DNA from: Octopus vulgaris
Lineage: Eukaryota
DNA: 64,000 bases
Direction of reading: 5' to 3'
Assembly: GCA_951406725.2 (NCBI GenBank)
Contig: OX597823.1
Location: forward strand, 11,160,001-11,224,000
A model generated the notes under the pieces. The model ran no database searches, was not told the origin of the DNA, and saw only the letters and a list, made by a program, of their open reading frames with translations. Shown piece after piece: positions 38,014 through 52,459 of the stretch. The position numbers and the translations under genes are program-made. Numbering within the stretch: the first letter of the stretch is position 1; each line of letters opens with the position of its first letter.

Positions 38014-38060
38014 ATATATATTTATATGTGTGTGTCTATGTGTATGTTTTATGTGTATGT
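37685..38060. repeat. Compound (TA)n/(TG)n/(TATG)n microsatellite
   Basis: Direct reading; similar tracts at ~13150-13440, 16500-16880, 18970-19165, 20860-21090, 25825-26000, 28400-28580 and 43218-43617. Confidence 0.95.
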
Positions 38061-38533
38061 ATCAAGAGAACACAAATAGTGTTCAAAATTTATGACAGTT
38101 GTTTCAGAGGAATTTTTATTGGTGCATTCATGGAGTACATCATGACATAATCCACCACCTACAGGTAAAATTTTAAACAGGTGAGATTTCATACATTGAA
38201 CATAATGAATCCAATGTGACAAGATTTTCAAGAATACACTAATCCAATGACGTCAATGTTTGATTCATGAAATTTCACCTGCTAAAAATTTTATTTGAAG
38301 ATGGTAGATTATATTTTGTGACGTACTGGTTTGCTTTTTTTTTTTTTTTTTGTATTATCCGGCAGTTGTGAGGTTGCCCTGTAGCTTGCAAAACTATGAA
38401 CCCCAAGAGCGACAGCTTTATACTAAGAGATGAAGGGTTAATGTATGAGAGAAGAGCCCAGAGCAGAACAGGTTTCTTGCTGTAGACAGGGCTACTCAAA
38501 TCTTAGAGCGAAAAGAGATAAAAGTAGTGTTGA

Positions 38534-38587
38534 AATTCTATCAAAAATTCTATCAAAAAAATTCTATCAAAAATTCTATCAAAAAAA
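38534..38587. repeat. 11-12-bp tandem repeat x4
   Basis: (aaattctatca[a])4. Confidence 0.9.
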
Positions 38588-39111
38588 GCTGTCAAAAGTT
38601 TTAAATGCCATTTGTATTCTTTTTATACCTACACCACGCCTGGAACCAACCCCTGAGTCAGATCTACAGTTTAAATTGGATTTGTACTTACATATCTATA
38701 GTATTCTACCAATACTTGATACCTTCATTGTTGTTTACCTCACTGGGAACTCTATGTTATCGTACCTAGCAATTTCTAGCATGCCTAGGTTCTATTGAAT
38801 CCTTATACCTAATACCCCCACACACACAAACACACATGCACACACACACACACACTACTAGAGTACCCCATGGAAAAGTATCACTCTTCATAAAATCATA
38901 GTTATGGAAGAAAAATTAATTTCATTAAATAAATCACTTGCATTATATTTATTATGGCAAGGCCTCTATATTTGGTTTAGAAGCTTATTTCACGGCCACA
39001 TTTCTTTCTGATGCATTGTTTGGGGGATAAATGTTTTTCACAGTAACTGTGGGCTGTTCAATACCTTGTGGGTAGAATCTGATAGACAAAAACTGACTGA
39101 CAGCCCAAACA

Positions 39112-39145
<34 letters not shown>

Positions 39146-40278
39146 TGTGTCTGTGTCTGTAAGGTCTGTAAGCTGTACATTGGTGAAGGATGCAAACATA
39201 TATATGTTTGCAAACCAATATATTGGTACTTAGTGAAATCCTTTGTACTACTCGCTCTACACAAGTTACACAGACAATCTCTTGTCACTCACTCCTTAGA
39301 AATACAGTGAAGTAGTATTGGCCCATTGGTAACCTGTGGCCACTGACATTATCATTGGCAAAATAAGAGAAGAGAATCATTAGAACATGCCTGATAAAAT
39401 GCCTGCAATATTTAGTTACAGTTCTTGACATCCTAAGTTTAATGTTATATTATCTACAACTCTTTATATTCCGAGATCAAATCCTGCAGTGCTCACCTTT
39501 CCTTTTATCCTGCCATGGTCAATAAAATAAAGCACCAGTCAAGTACTGGGGTTGATTTTATATTCCTATAAAGCATTTTCTATGTATATAGAATTAAAAT
39601 AGGAGGAGGAGGAGGAAGAGGAGGATATGTGTTATAAATAAATCAATAACTTAGACATTCATTTTTAGAGTCTAATCAACAATGCTATTTTATTTTATCA
39701 TCATCCTATCTATTGCAATTATTTCTAAAAAAATTATCCATAGCTTTCTTTTTGTTCTCTAAACTATATAAATGAATCTGATACTGGATATAAACCAAAA
39801 ACACCAGAGACTGGATATAAATAAATGAAGTATGACTCATTGTATGGAAATTAATGGTGTGAATTAGATAAAAATGGTTGCTATTTAGCCCCAGGCCAAT
39901 CCTGATCAGACAGTCCTGATATTAAAGGTATTTTAACTATAACTAGCTTGTCTTTTTGTATATCCAAGGCAACAAATTATCAATGTGTGCTTTGCAATTT
40001 TAGATAATAAGATGTGATATAAAGGCGTTTTTGGCTGCTATTTCTGGTAGGCTGATTGATCATGAAGAGGAGAAGTGAAAAAAATGTTTGAAAGTAGGTA
40101 GGAACAATGTATGTACTGAAGTAGCTAATGGTAGTTAAGTAATTTTACTAAAAGACAATAGGAATTTTTCTACTCCACTTTATTTATTTTGGGGGAGTTC
40201 GTTCAACAAAATGCTCCATCATATTTATTACTGAACTTTTGTTTTTTTATCTTGATCTATTCATGATATGTGTTACTA

Positions 40279-40510
40279 GGGCGGCAAGCTGGCAGAAACG
40301 TTAGCACGCTGGGCGAAATGCTTCGCGGTATTTCGTCTGCCGTTATGTTCTGAGTTCAAATTCCGCCGAGGTCGACTTTGCCTTTCATCCTTTCGGGGTC
40401 GATTAAATAAGTACCAGTTACGCACTGGGGTCGATATAATCGACTTAATCCGTTTGTCTATCCTTGTTTGTCATCTCTGTGTTTAGCCCCTTGTGGGTAG
40501 TAAAGAAACG
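40279..40510 (+). mobile_element. tRNA-derived SINE family B, young full-length copy with 14-bp TSD
   Basis: A-box-like tggcagaaacg, B-box gagttcaaattc, central gtcgactttgcctttcatcctttcggggtcgattaaataagtacc, CpGs intact; TSD gatatgtgttacta at 40265-40278 and 40511-40524. Confidence 0.9.
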
Positions 40511-41222
40511 GATATGTGTTACTATCCTTCTGAGACACAACTAAATATAATTAAAAAATAATCAAATCCATAAAGCCAATTCTAGATAAGTAAACTCGTT
40601 TTTCATTTACTGTTCTGTATTCTTTACAAGAGAAAGAACCTTCAGCTTTAAATTATGCAGAAATTCTAGCCCCAAAAGATACCCTCAAATAGGTACATGA
40701 TGACAAGTCTTTGGTGCTAGTTCTTCAATGGCAACAGTTGCAAGAATTGAACTCAGAAACATAAGTGGGCTATTGTACTATATCGTTCCCTTCATGCACA
40801 TACATAGATGCTTTCTAAAAAATTAAATCTACAAACTTTATAAATCCTAAATCTTCACGTTTTGGATATGTTTCATAGCCTTAATTAAAAAAAAAAAAAT
40901 CTAATATATTTTCAAACACATTGTTTGTTTTTATGTTAGAGATAAATTTGTACTAAGTATCATTATCATTGCCATCATCTTCATCAGCACCTTTCCATGC
41001 CTGTGTAGGTCAGATGAAATTTACTGAGACAGATTTTCTATGACCAGATGCTCTTCCTGATGGCAACCTTCACTTGTTTCCATGAACAGCACAATGACCA
41101 GACATGTTTCCAATGAAAATTGCAAACAAATGGCACCATTTATTTGATGCTGGTGTCTGTTTACAGTTAGCATTTGTTACGAAGACCAGGAGATAGGAAC
41201 ATACGTATGTGCACATGCCTAT

Positions 41223-41254
<32 letters not shown>

Positions 41255-42411
41255 CTAATTAAATAAAGAAGTGTGTGTGTATGTGTGCATTTGTTTGTAA
41301 CTGGCTTCTTTAAGCTTTCGGATTCTGAATTTCTTCTACAAGGCTTTGGTGAGACCAGACCCATATTAGGAGACACTTGATCAAGGTGCCACACAGTACA
41401 AAACCATGTACTTGTGAAACGAACTTCTGAAACACACAATCATACCTGCACCTAAGTATGTAGTTATTTATTTTTCTATAGGTTTCTTAATATTTCAAAA
41501 TTTATGAATTTTGCTCTCAAGTGTATGAATTCTCCTTATCTCTAAGAAACACATCTATTTGTCATGATTAGCATTCTATTGTATATAGGTTACTATTTCA
41601 TGCTTAGAGTTTATCTGGTATATAAAGTTTCCCTAAAGTTGCTCTATCTAAAATATGTAGAAAGATCTAAAAAAAATAATCTCAGAAATCTCCCTTTTTT
41701 GTATATGTCATGTTACATTTTAGTTTTTCAATGTGTATCTTGAGGGCTGTGGCATGTAATTTTTGTAATCTATTAGCAAAGTGAAGTTTGTTGATGTTTT
41801 ATATTTGTTTCTTACTTTTAAATGTTCATTTCATTAGTAATTAAAAAAATATATTTGCTTGTTTTTTTATTTGTATTTTTTTTTCTTCTGAAGATCTAAT
41901 CTTAGTTCTTCTGATGGGGGTGATATCAATTAAAGCCACTAATTAATTACTATCACAATATTTTATCAATTAATTAATTGATATCAAAATCTTTTATCAA
42001 CAAATTAAGTTGATTTTTATAATCGATAAACTTATCAATAATCTATTGTAACTACTTACATACCGAAAGCTTAAATTGCTGTAGAATTAAGAAACTGCAA
42101 CTACTTTTAGATTTTATTATGTGTTCATTACAGTGGCATGACTGTCTTATAGAGAATTCAAAATAGTAAATATACTTCAAATAATTCAAGTTATATTTAT
42201 TTACATTTCATTAACAAATTCACATTGATATCTTTTTTTATGGTGTTTCAATGAAAGCATATCAGAACTGCAGGGCAGTAAGGGAGCCCACTACATACTC
42301 ACTTAACTTACTAGATATAGAAGCCAAACTTACTTCTGTTCACACTCTACCCACTTTAAAAAAGGAGGACATATTAAATAATGTAGTCTGAGATAAAATG
42401 ATGTGGTAGTC

Positions 42412-42638
42412 TTATCTTTTCTACTCTAAGCACAAGGCCCAAAATTTTGGGGGAAGGGGCCAGTCGATAAGATCAACTCCAGTATGTAACAGGTACTTAA
42501 TTTATCAACCCTGAAAGCATGAGAGAGAGGCAAAGTTGACTTTGGCGGAATTTGAACTCAGAACATAAAGACAGATAAAATACTGCTAAGCATTTTGCCC
42601 TGCGTGCTAATGTTTCTGCCAGCTCGCTGCCTTAAAAA
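42412..42638 (-). mobile_element. SINE family B inserted into a family X copy
   Basis: Flanked by gatg(t/a)ggtagtc at 42400-42411 and 42639-42650; family X continues on both sides. Confidence 0.82.
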
Positions 42639-43420
42639 GATGAGGTAGTCACCACAGGAATGTTTTAACCATAGGGTTTTCCTATCACAGCCAACTTGAT
42701 GGGGATGGGGTGCAAACAATAACAAAATTAAACACTGTCACATATTGCCAAGACTGCTGCTGTGTTCCAAGTAGGATATTTTTATATTTTCCCTTAGGCA
42801 AAGCAACACAGATCAGCTCAGTCAAATTCATACTTGGAGGAAAGTACTACATATAAAGTACTATACAGTCAATGGTAGTAGAAATAATGTAATAGAAAAA
42901 TATTGTATTCAGACAGGATAGCAGAAATTATTCAATAATCTCTCAAATAGCAATAGAATGATCAATAGTGTTAGTTTGTATTGAGAGATTAAGAACATTT
43001 GTATTGGATGAAGAGTAGTTTAAGAAAACTGGGTGGATGTGTTCCTCTGTCTGCTGATATGCTGTTGTATGCAGAAACGAAGAGGTAAGAAGTTTCATGT
43101 AAACTGTGTCACAGTAAAACCATTATCTGTTTCTGAAAGAAATTCTGATAAGCTGCAACATGTTAATATGTTTACCAAATCAAATAAAGATTTAAAATCT
43201 CATACCATCACAGCCATATATATGCATGTGTGTGTATGTGTGTGTATATATATATATGTATATATATATATGTATGTATGTGTATATATATGTATGTGTA
43301 TATATATATGCATGTATATATATGCATATATATGTATGTATATATGTATGTATATATATGCATGTATATATATATATGTGTGTATGTATATATGTGCATG
43401 TATGTATATATGCATGTATG

Positions 43421-43525
<105 letters not shown>

Positions 43526-43954
43526 ATATATATATATATGTATATGTATGTATGTATATATATATATATATGTATATGCATGTATGTATATATGTGTATA
43601 TAGGTGCATGTATATAGGTAAAATTATACTAATGTGTCCATCTGTTTTAATTTAATTAAATTCTGTCTTTATGCAGCTGAGGATTGCTCTGCATTTAAAT
43701 TGATGTAATGATTGCATTGTTCAGTTAATAGTTCAGTGTGTATTTCACATTGCTTCAAATGCACAAAATGCCTGGAACTCTTGATAGGAGAAGGTGCAGT
43801 TGTTTTTTGAAGACACCTATATCCTCCCCGTGGTTTCTCAGGTTTTGGGGAAGTATATTGAAGAGCAGTTGGCCCTTGAAACCCAAGCTCTTGTAGTATC
43901 TCGTCCTGTGTCTTAATGGTAATGTTGGGATTTTTGGTCAGTATCCACAATGAA

Positions 43955-44285
43955 TAAGGAAATGGAAGATGAATTCAATGCTAAGCTGAGAGATGTGCTG
44001 TGCAAAGTTCCCTGCAAAGACTAGCTGAGAACTGCTGATCTCAATGCAAGACTAATGGCTTGATGTGATAGACAAACATGGAGTAAGAAAGTGCAATTCA
44101 AATGGTGAGCTTCTTCTAGACCTCTGCTCTAAGTTCAATCTAGTAATTACAAACACTGTCTTCAAGTACGAAAACCATCAAAATACTACTTGGATGCCCC
44201 TTGGCTCCAAGCATTTGCACTTGTTAGACTACCTAATCGCCTGGGGAAGAAATCAGAATGATATCCTGGATACAAGGAGAAAAGA
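43955..44285 (+). pseudogene. RTE/BovB-type LINE AP endonuclease fragment
   Basis: KHGVRKCNSNGELLLDLCSKFNLVITNTVF...TTWMPLGSKHLHLLDY, the typical RTE NxNG..LL..C...LVITNT.F..TW......H.LDY pattern; in-frame stops upstream. Confidence 0.85.
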
Positions 44286-46095
44286 TACCATGGAAGACTT
44301 AGACTGAAATTCAAACACTGCAAAAAAGAATATGAAATATGAAGTGGAAAGGAATTCACCATAATAAATGGCAAACCCAAGTGAAAAGCCAACTAGTATG
44401 GAGAAAGCTTATCAAGTCATGCCAAAACAATAAATAGTTAGTCATGATAACTAACTGCAAATAATATTTGTAGAATTTCGATACTGCAAAAATACTCAAA
44501 AAGAAAATTATCCTAATAAATATTGGCTTATATGAAGATGATGCGAAATGGGCATATACTGCATGTATTTAGAAAAAAATCTTATTAACTTCTTCAAATT
44601 TTACACTCTAAGAATACCTAAATTTTGCAAATTTGTAAGCTGTTACTTGTAATTTAACTACAGATAAACAAATATTTTGCAGGAAACCCAATGAAAATTT
44701 CACATATATTAATATAGACTCCTGCTATCCAATTACAGTTTTTAAAACCTGATTATCGGATATCAGCAGAAGAATCTCTTACCTGTTATTGAATAAAGTA
44801 TCAATTAACAATTTGCTTCCCTCCTTCTATGATAAAATCGCAAGAAGAAAGTGGATTTAAAGATGTGTATTATTTGCATACACACACTCACACACACACA
44901 CACACACACACACATGCAAGCACACACACATACACATGCAAGCACACACACACACACACACATGCATGCACACACACATATGAAGTGGAAGTCATCTCCA
45001 CCAAACCAAATCTTAAGATCATGTATAAACATTCTATAGATATGGCAGATGATAAATTTTGAAAAATTCTTCAACCATATTTCTTCTTTTAGGGCTATAG
45101 AAAAACTGAAATGCTCTAAAACTACCTTATCTGGAGTGGAAAAGCTTTAAGATATACTGAAAAAAAGCTTTGAGATATATTCTATATATATAGAAACATT
45201 GTAGATTATGTATAGCTGAACAGTACTTTATATACTAAAAACCTTCATAAATCTGTAAGCTATAAAAATTCAGAGACCTTTCACTAAATATTGCTACTTT
45301 GACATGCAACTCTTGAACCACTGAAAGACTACACCTCCATCAAACATGATAAATACTTATTTCTTTACCATAAACCATTCTTTGTTTCTTGCTTCAGCAT
45401 TATCTCAATAATAGACACTTCCAATCCCACTATGCCTAATAACACTACACTCTTTGATATCTTCAAATCTTTGTCATTGTATGCCCATTTCCATTTTTAT
45501 TTTCCTTTGCTTTTGTCACTTATCTAGTGAAGTACATAAGATTGAACAAATTTTTTTGTGTTGTCAGGAAATGCGAATGCTGGCAACTTTGAGCAATGAT
45601 ATGCATCATACATAGAAAGCCATTCTCTTTGCAACAGAAATGCTTTAATTGAAGTATTTGGATTGTCATCTTCCAACAGCATGCAAGTTTATTCAAATTA
45701 TAGACTTGAACCCAATATACCACATTAGCAAGTTTAATGAAAGAAGGAATACCTTCCCATACTACAATCATTATACTTTTAAAGTTTTTATGCATATCTA
45801 TTGTTACATATCCCTTGTGACGGTGATAATGGTTAGAAATGAGAATCTATAGCAACGATACAAGAGGTGTAAGTTCTACATTAATTCACCTGAGATGTTC
45901 CCATTTTCTATAATCTAAATGAGACATTCACATCCACTGAACAGCTTTTTTTAACATTTTTTTTTTTATCCCATAGGACAAGATCATGGCTGTTGTATTT
46001 GCAACATACTGAAATATTGCATCAGTATCTTTTTTATTTTTGAATGTTCTAATGTGAGTTTCATATAACCATATGGATAGCCTTATATATATATA

Positions 46096-46376
46096 CTAGC
46101 AGTATCGCCTGGCGTTGCTCGGGTTTGTAAGGGAAATAACTATTACTTCCCTTATATAATAGCGAAAAAATGCATTAAAATGGAAAAAATGATGGTAAAT
46201 TTTTTTTTAAATTGTAAACTCATCATAGACACGCGCTAATACCCAGAAGGGCTCGATATGAATCACGACTATAAGATACCCGCTTTTGGTTAAACTGCAC
46301 TGCAAAATGTGGGAGGAGTTAGGAATCTAAATCATAGAAGACAGACAGCACGCAACCTCACTTTTATATATAAAGA
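46096..46376 (-). mobile_element. Non-autonomous Helitron, short (one internal unit)
   Basis: Same termini and A|T target; ~115 bp shorter than the 6736 copy. Confidence 0.88.
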
Positions 46377-46559
46377 TATATGACGACAATATTGTTTCAG
46401 AAGGTACCATGTAGATATTGTTGGACTGCCATTGATAATGTGGGTGATATTTTCCATGCTGGCAAAGCAAAATCAGCATGCATGCATTCATTCATTCATT
46501 TGTGCATGCATGCATATGTACATACATTCATACATACATACATACATACATACATACAT

Positions 46560-46596
<37 letters not shown>

Positions 46597-46638
46597 TACA
46601 TACATGTGTCTGTATGCATATGTGTTTCATCATAGTAT

Positions 46639-46869
46639 TTAACCCTTTAGCATTTAAACCAGCCATATCCGGCCAAAAGCATTCTGCCTGTTTTATGTTC
46701 AAACTGGCCAGATCTGGTCTCTCACACTGATCCTACAATATTGTTTTAAAAATTAACAGCTACCTCATCAAAATCTCATAACTACAAGATAATGCATGAT
46801 ATTAGTTCAAGGCAATGTGAATGAAAAAGGATTAACTTTGGCAGAATAATGTGAACACTAAAGGGTTAA
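46639..46869 (+). mobile_element. piggyBac-type MITE (TTAA TSD)
   Basis: TTAA-CCCTTTAGC...CTAAAGGG-TTAA; close to 3972-4200. Confidence 0.85.
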
Positions 46870-47077
46870 ATTATTCACTTACAAAATAACTAAACTTTTT
46901 TTGTTTCAGTCAAACAGTGTGAGTGCTAGACTGTATGGAATATGTTTAAAAGAAAAGTGTCAAGACAGTTTGACATAAGCTGGCCAGGCAGAAGACAGCA
47001 CCAGGCCTCTGTGTCTGTTTTGGCCTAGCTTTTACAGCTGGGTGCCCTTCCTAACACTGTAATATAGTGTGTGTGTG

Positions 47078-47127
<50 letters not shown>

Positions 47128-47391
47128 GTATAATGTAATAATAATGGTTTCTAATTTAGGCACAAAGCTTAAAATTTGTAGTAGGAGCTTGATTGATGTC
47201 ATCAATCCCAGGATTTCACTAGCCCTCGTTTTTTTTATTAGCTCTGAAAAGAGGAAAGGTAAAGTTGGCCCTAATGGGATTTCAACTCAACATAAAGTGG
47301 AACAAATATCACAAGGTATCTTGTCTGACACTCTAACAATTCTGCCAATCTGCCAGTCTTTATAATAATAATAATAATAATTATAATAATA

Positions 47392-47456
<65 letters not shown>

Positions 47457-47830
47457 TCAGAATCAATGATCCTTGTATTAAATGCAGTTTATTTCAACGA
47501 TTTCTGTTTATTGTGATCAACAGATACTAAGCTAGAACTCACTTTTAACGACCATAACCCACCAATATTTATCATCTTCCATAGTTTTAATGTTCTGCAT
47601 CTATGACAATTTATGCAGTTGCTAAAGATTGATTCATGGATAACAGAGGCTGAGAATTTTGAATTTTAAAAAAAAATGTTAAAAATATATAATTTGAAGA
47701 TGTGGTTGGTTTTTTCACACACTAAGTAGTCTGTATGAAGTGCATGGAAATTATATCCTGTTAGAAATGCTAAAAATCTATATAAAGAGGTTGCTCAACC
47801 TGCCAGAAATAGCAATCTGATTATCTCAAA

Positions 47831-48236
47831 CTAGCAGTATCGCCCGGCGTTGCTCGGGTTTGTAAGGGAAATAACTATATAAGCATTTTTAGAGAATTAT
47901 AGCCAAAAAATAGCAAAAAAATGCATTAAAAATGGGGAAAAAAATGATGGTAATTTTTTTTTAAATCGTTGACTCATCGTAGACATTTTTAGAGAGTTAG
48001 TTCCCTTATATAATAGCGAAAAAATGCATTAAAATGGAAAAAAATTATGTTAAATTTTTTTTTAAATCGTAGACTCATCGTAGACGTGCGCTAATACCCA
48101 GAAGGGCTCAATATGAATCACGACTATAAGATACCCGGTTTTGGTTAAACTGCACTGCAAAATGTGGGAGTAGTTAGGAATCTAAATCGTAGGAGACAGA
48201 CACACAACTTCACTTTTATATATAATATAAAGAAGA
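47831..48236 (-). mobile_element. Non-autonomous Helitron inserted in a family X copy
   Basis: Host reads ...tctcaaa|ttacctc... across the element, with no TSD. Confidence 0.88.
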
Positions 48237-49317
48237 TTACCTCTTAATGTTGAGAAAAGTTAGGACTCATTGGCTGAGTTGTCTTAGAACATAAGTTTGC
48301 TTAATTAGGTCTGAAACTGAGTTAGAGTTAAACAACAACCAACTGTGATACACTCAACTGATTTTAAATTACAAATAATAAATTCTCAAAAAACATTGTA
48401 GTCGTGACCATCATATTTAGTGCTAATGTAACAAATACTTTGCTGTGTGACATTAGTAACAATATGTATATGTGCTTGTATAATTTCTTTTTTAAGAGAT
48501 TAAGGTACAATTTGTGGAAACTTATCTGCTGTTTCAGGTTGAATGACCACAGAGAGCCCCTGTGCATTGATTCAATCAAGTGATAAGTGATATATTCAGA
48601 GAGTAAGGCTTAAAATTCATTATTTCCAGAGCTGAAAATATTCCTTGCTTCATGCAGTTGAGAGACTTCAACTTACAGTGAGGTTGAATCCTTGAAAGCA
48701 AAAATCTTCTAAGATAAATTAATAAAGGGAATTGTTTTTGCATCTCATGAAAAATGTTATGAGTTTATCTCTCATTCACCAATAACCAAACACAAGGAGT
48801 TGAAATATAATAGAATTCAATCCCCTCGACAAAAATCACATAATATCCATTCATGCTAGTCAAATAAACAATGAAATAATAACATCTGGAAATAATTATA
48901 GAGTATCGATCTTTTGGCTGTTTTTTTTTACTTGATATAATTTCATCTGACAAAATCACAAACGTTTGGGTGCTTTTTCCCTCCAGTATTTGAGGTATTC
49001 ACTCTGCTCAAATCCATTTTTAATCAACATTCTTTTGAAACTTTTACCAGTTCTATTTTTGGCATTTTCAGTCTTTGTTTTACATTTAATTCTTTCTTCA
49101 AGTTTCTTAAATCCTTTTCTGTTCTTTTTGGTAATTTATATAAGTGGCCTTTTCAATATTCTATAGGTTTCTTTTCTTTTTTAACTCCTTCTTCATATTT
49201 TATTCCATTTGTTTTTGTAATTATTTTTAATCCCTCTTCATTCTTGCAGTTGTTTGAATCCATAAAATAAAGATGTGATGAAACTAGACACATTAATAAT
49301 TTTAACCACTATATTCT

Positions 49318-49423
49318 AGACTGGGCCTGATGCAGCCTTCTGGCTTTACAGACCCCAGTTGAACCGTCCAACCCATGCTAGCGTGGAAAGTGGACACTAA
49401 ATGATGATGATGATGATGATGAT
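49318..49423 (+). mobile_element. RTE-type 3' UTR end, truncated
   Basis: Same sequence as 18160-18273, with (tga)n tail. Confidence 0.85.
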
Positions 49424-50486
49424 TCTGTTATCTCAGCTACTTCTACTGTCTCTTCATGTAATGGTTTGTAAAATAATGCACAGGACTACGAATATAGGCG
49501 AAGTGGGTTAGTCAATTAAATTAACTTTAGTTCGTCAACTTCAGCAAGAATCAAACTCTAAATGTAGAGCTATGTAACTAAATACCTCGAAGCATTTTGT
49601 CCATTGCTCTGCAAATTCTGCAAATTACTATAATAATCAGGTTCATTGTTTCCTATGATAAAATTCATATTACTTAGTTGCAAACTTTATCTGTATTGAT
49701 TTCTCTTGACTTGCCAAAAGCCTTTAGTCTGTCTGATATTTATTTATTTAATCAATCCCTCAAAAGCATGAAAAGCTTTGTTATTATAAAATTTGAACTC
49801 AGAACCAAAGGGTACAAAAGAGAAAGAGAGAGAGAGTGACACACACACACACACACACACACGTAATTTTCATATGATGATTATGATAAAATGATCAAGT
49901 ATCAAAGAAGTTGGGTAAGAAAATGCTGGAAAGCAATAAGATTTATAATGAGGAGTTTATCAAATCTGGCTCAAGTAACCAGAGGATGAGTGTAGAAGAA
50001 ATGAAGTATTAAGCCAATGATTGTATATAGACTTTGGTTGGCATTTAATTACACTGATTCTTACACAGAAACAACTAATTAGTGTATTTAATTCAGTGAC
50101 ATTCACAACCTCATTCCAAATTTCATCCCCAAAAAATCTTTTCCTCAGTTAATTAAATTTAGTATTGTTGGAATTGTCCTTGGATTATCCCCCTCCGGTA
50201 CTAATTATATCTTCCTAATTACTGTGAGATGCTTGAACAGTCATATAGAACTACTTTATCCTTGTTTGTAACACAAGATTGATATTTTGTATGTATAAAG
50301 GCAAACTGCATAAGCTGGGTTTCAGAAATAATTATGCTGAATGTTTGTGAAACAAATGATGTACTGAAACTTGCTATAATCAGGAAGAAATGATTAGTAT
50401 ATGATCTGCTGAATGTATAATGCCAAATGACAGAGAAAATTGAGTTGCAAAATCAATTGACCAGTGTATGTTGGAGACTACAGTAT

Positions 50487-50745
50487 CTCTTGTGAAAGGT
50501 AAGAGAGTCCAGTTTGCTGGACATTGTTGTAGAGCTGAAAAAGAGGTAATTTCTACTCTTCTCCTCTGGAAGCCATCTACTCGCAATACCAGAGGGCGCA
50601 CACTCTCCTACCCTGATGTAATCTCCAGGGATACAGGCATCCAGCAACAGGACCTCCGTAATGCCATGATGGACCGTGAAGTCTGGCGTAGCATGGTAAA
50701 TTCCATTGTCTCGACCACGGTCAAACAATGATGATGATGATGATG
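50487..50745 (+). mobile_element. RTE-clade LINE 3' end (second family)
   Basis: ORF to VKQ* then (tga)n; TSD cagtat at 50481-50486 and 50746-50751. Confidence 0.88.
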
Positions 50746-51863
50746 CAGTATGGTCTTGCAGCTCAAACATCTAACAAATGCTTGTTGTATATAAGAAAAG
50801 TGATGAAGAATCAGTAAGGAAAGAAAGAAAACAACTAAATGCTGCAGAGTACTCGATCCAAAGCTCAATTTTTCTTTATGCTACCTTCTGTGCGTTTTGT
50901 GCATTTGTTAAGGAGAAAACTTAAATGTGAATCATACATACATGCACATATATGCATACCTGCTGCACACACTCACACACACGCATGCATGCCTATACAC
51001 CTGCTTGCAAGCATATGCAATAAAACAGGTCAGCTCTGAATTTCTGTGTTGTTAATGAGCAAAGAATTATCATGTAAATTCCACAAATGCTCAGCATTTC
51101 TATCTAGAGATGTGAACATTCCAGTGTAAGCATAGTATCTTTAAAGAATATATCTGTGTTCTGCTCTCCATGTCAGCTGTTAGCTGTCAGTACACTTCAA
51201 AATTCCATGCTTCCCAAAATTTGTCCACATTATTCTAGATGTGCCTATACTCCCTTTCCTATCCCTATGGTTCTCTTACTTTGCATTTTTTTAATGTTTT
51301 TTTTTATGTTGTTCCCTGTGCTCTATGTATGTATTTTTGGGTGTCTTTCTTTACTTATTGCTGCTTTTTGTCCCCTCTTTTACTATTTTCTAATGAGTTG
51401 TGGTGCACATGAGAACTACACACACACACACACACACACACACTATAAAACTATCTAGATTTACCAGCAGTCCAAGATGCCCACAAACTTCTTACAGGCC
51501 TAATACTTTTCTTTCTGCTTTATAACAGCAAGACTGTCAATAGATGCAGCTAGAGTACTCATAAAAAAAAAATTAGTTTGATTCATCAAAATACAGAAAA
51601 ACTTTCTATTTAACAGACAAATAAAGAAGGTGTATCTTTTATGAAAAGTCTGTTTAATAAAAAGTAACCTGTAGGGCATTTTTATTGTTTTGCAAGTAAA
51701 AATGAATATTTGAATGTAATATGTACTAATGCATAGTATAAAGGTGCTAAATTATAATAAAGAATTTTTACTTTCTTTCTGACAGTGTGATAGAAGTATA
51801 TTTTGCTATGACCATAGTGTCCAGTATACTATTGCTTTATTATTTGGTTCATTCAATCAGAAG

Positions 51864-52057
51864 CACTGCATCCTTCAAAACTTCCATGCTTCCTGAGATT
51901 CGCCAACACTACACTTGATTTCCTCCCCTCCATACACACACAAGCATGTATCTGACTCATACATTGTTCGTTTTCCAGACATTTCTACATTACTGCATGT
52001 ACTTTATATGCACTTTCTGACAAGTTGTGGTGCACCTGAGCACTGTATACAATAATT

Positions 52058-52119
<62 letters not shown>
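51864..52119 (+). mobile_element. CR1 3' end, sister subfamily with a longer 3' UTR
   Basis: TASFKTSMLPEIRQHYT* then ~95 extra nt before gtggtgcacctgagcactgta and (att)n. Confidence 0.85.
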
Positions 52120-52120
<1 letters not shown>

Positions 52121-52222
52121 GAAATCTGTTAAGTTATAGACCATTAAACTGAGAATTTTCCGTACTTATAATTCTCAAAGAAAATTAATAGAATATTTTA
52201 TACCTGTAGCTGTATGTGTGTG

Positions 52223-52459
52223 TCATCATCATCATCATCATCATCGTTTAACGTCCGTTTTCCACGCTAGCACGGGTTGGACGGTTTCGACCGGGGTCTG
52301 GGGAGCTAGGGACTGCCCCAGGCTCCAGTCTAGTCTGGCAGTGTTTCTACAGCTGGATGCCCTTCCTAACGCCAACCACTCCGCGAGTGTAGTGGGTGTT
52401 TTTTACGTGCCACCTGCACAGGTGCCAGAGGGTCTGGCATCGGCCACGTTCGGATGGTG

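Noticed and set aside
37666-38150. Long ORFs rich in Y/I/C/V/M/H/T (also at 43033-43655, 16400-16810, 18946-19231, 25720-26213 and others)
   Set aside because: Translations of (TA)n/(TG)n/(CA)n microsatellites, which lack stop codons.
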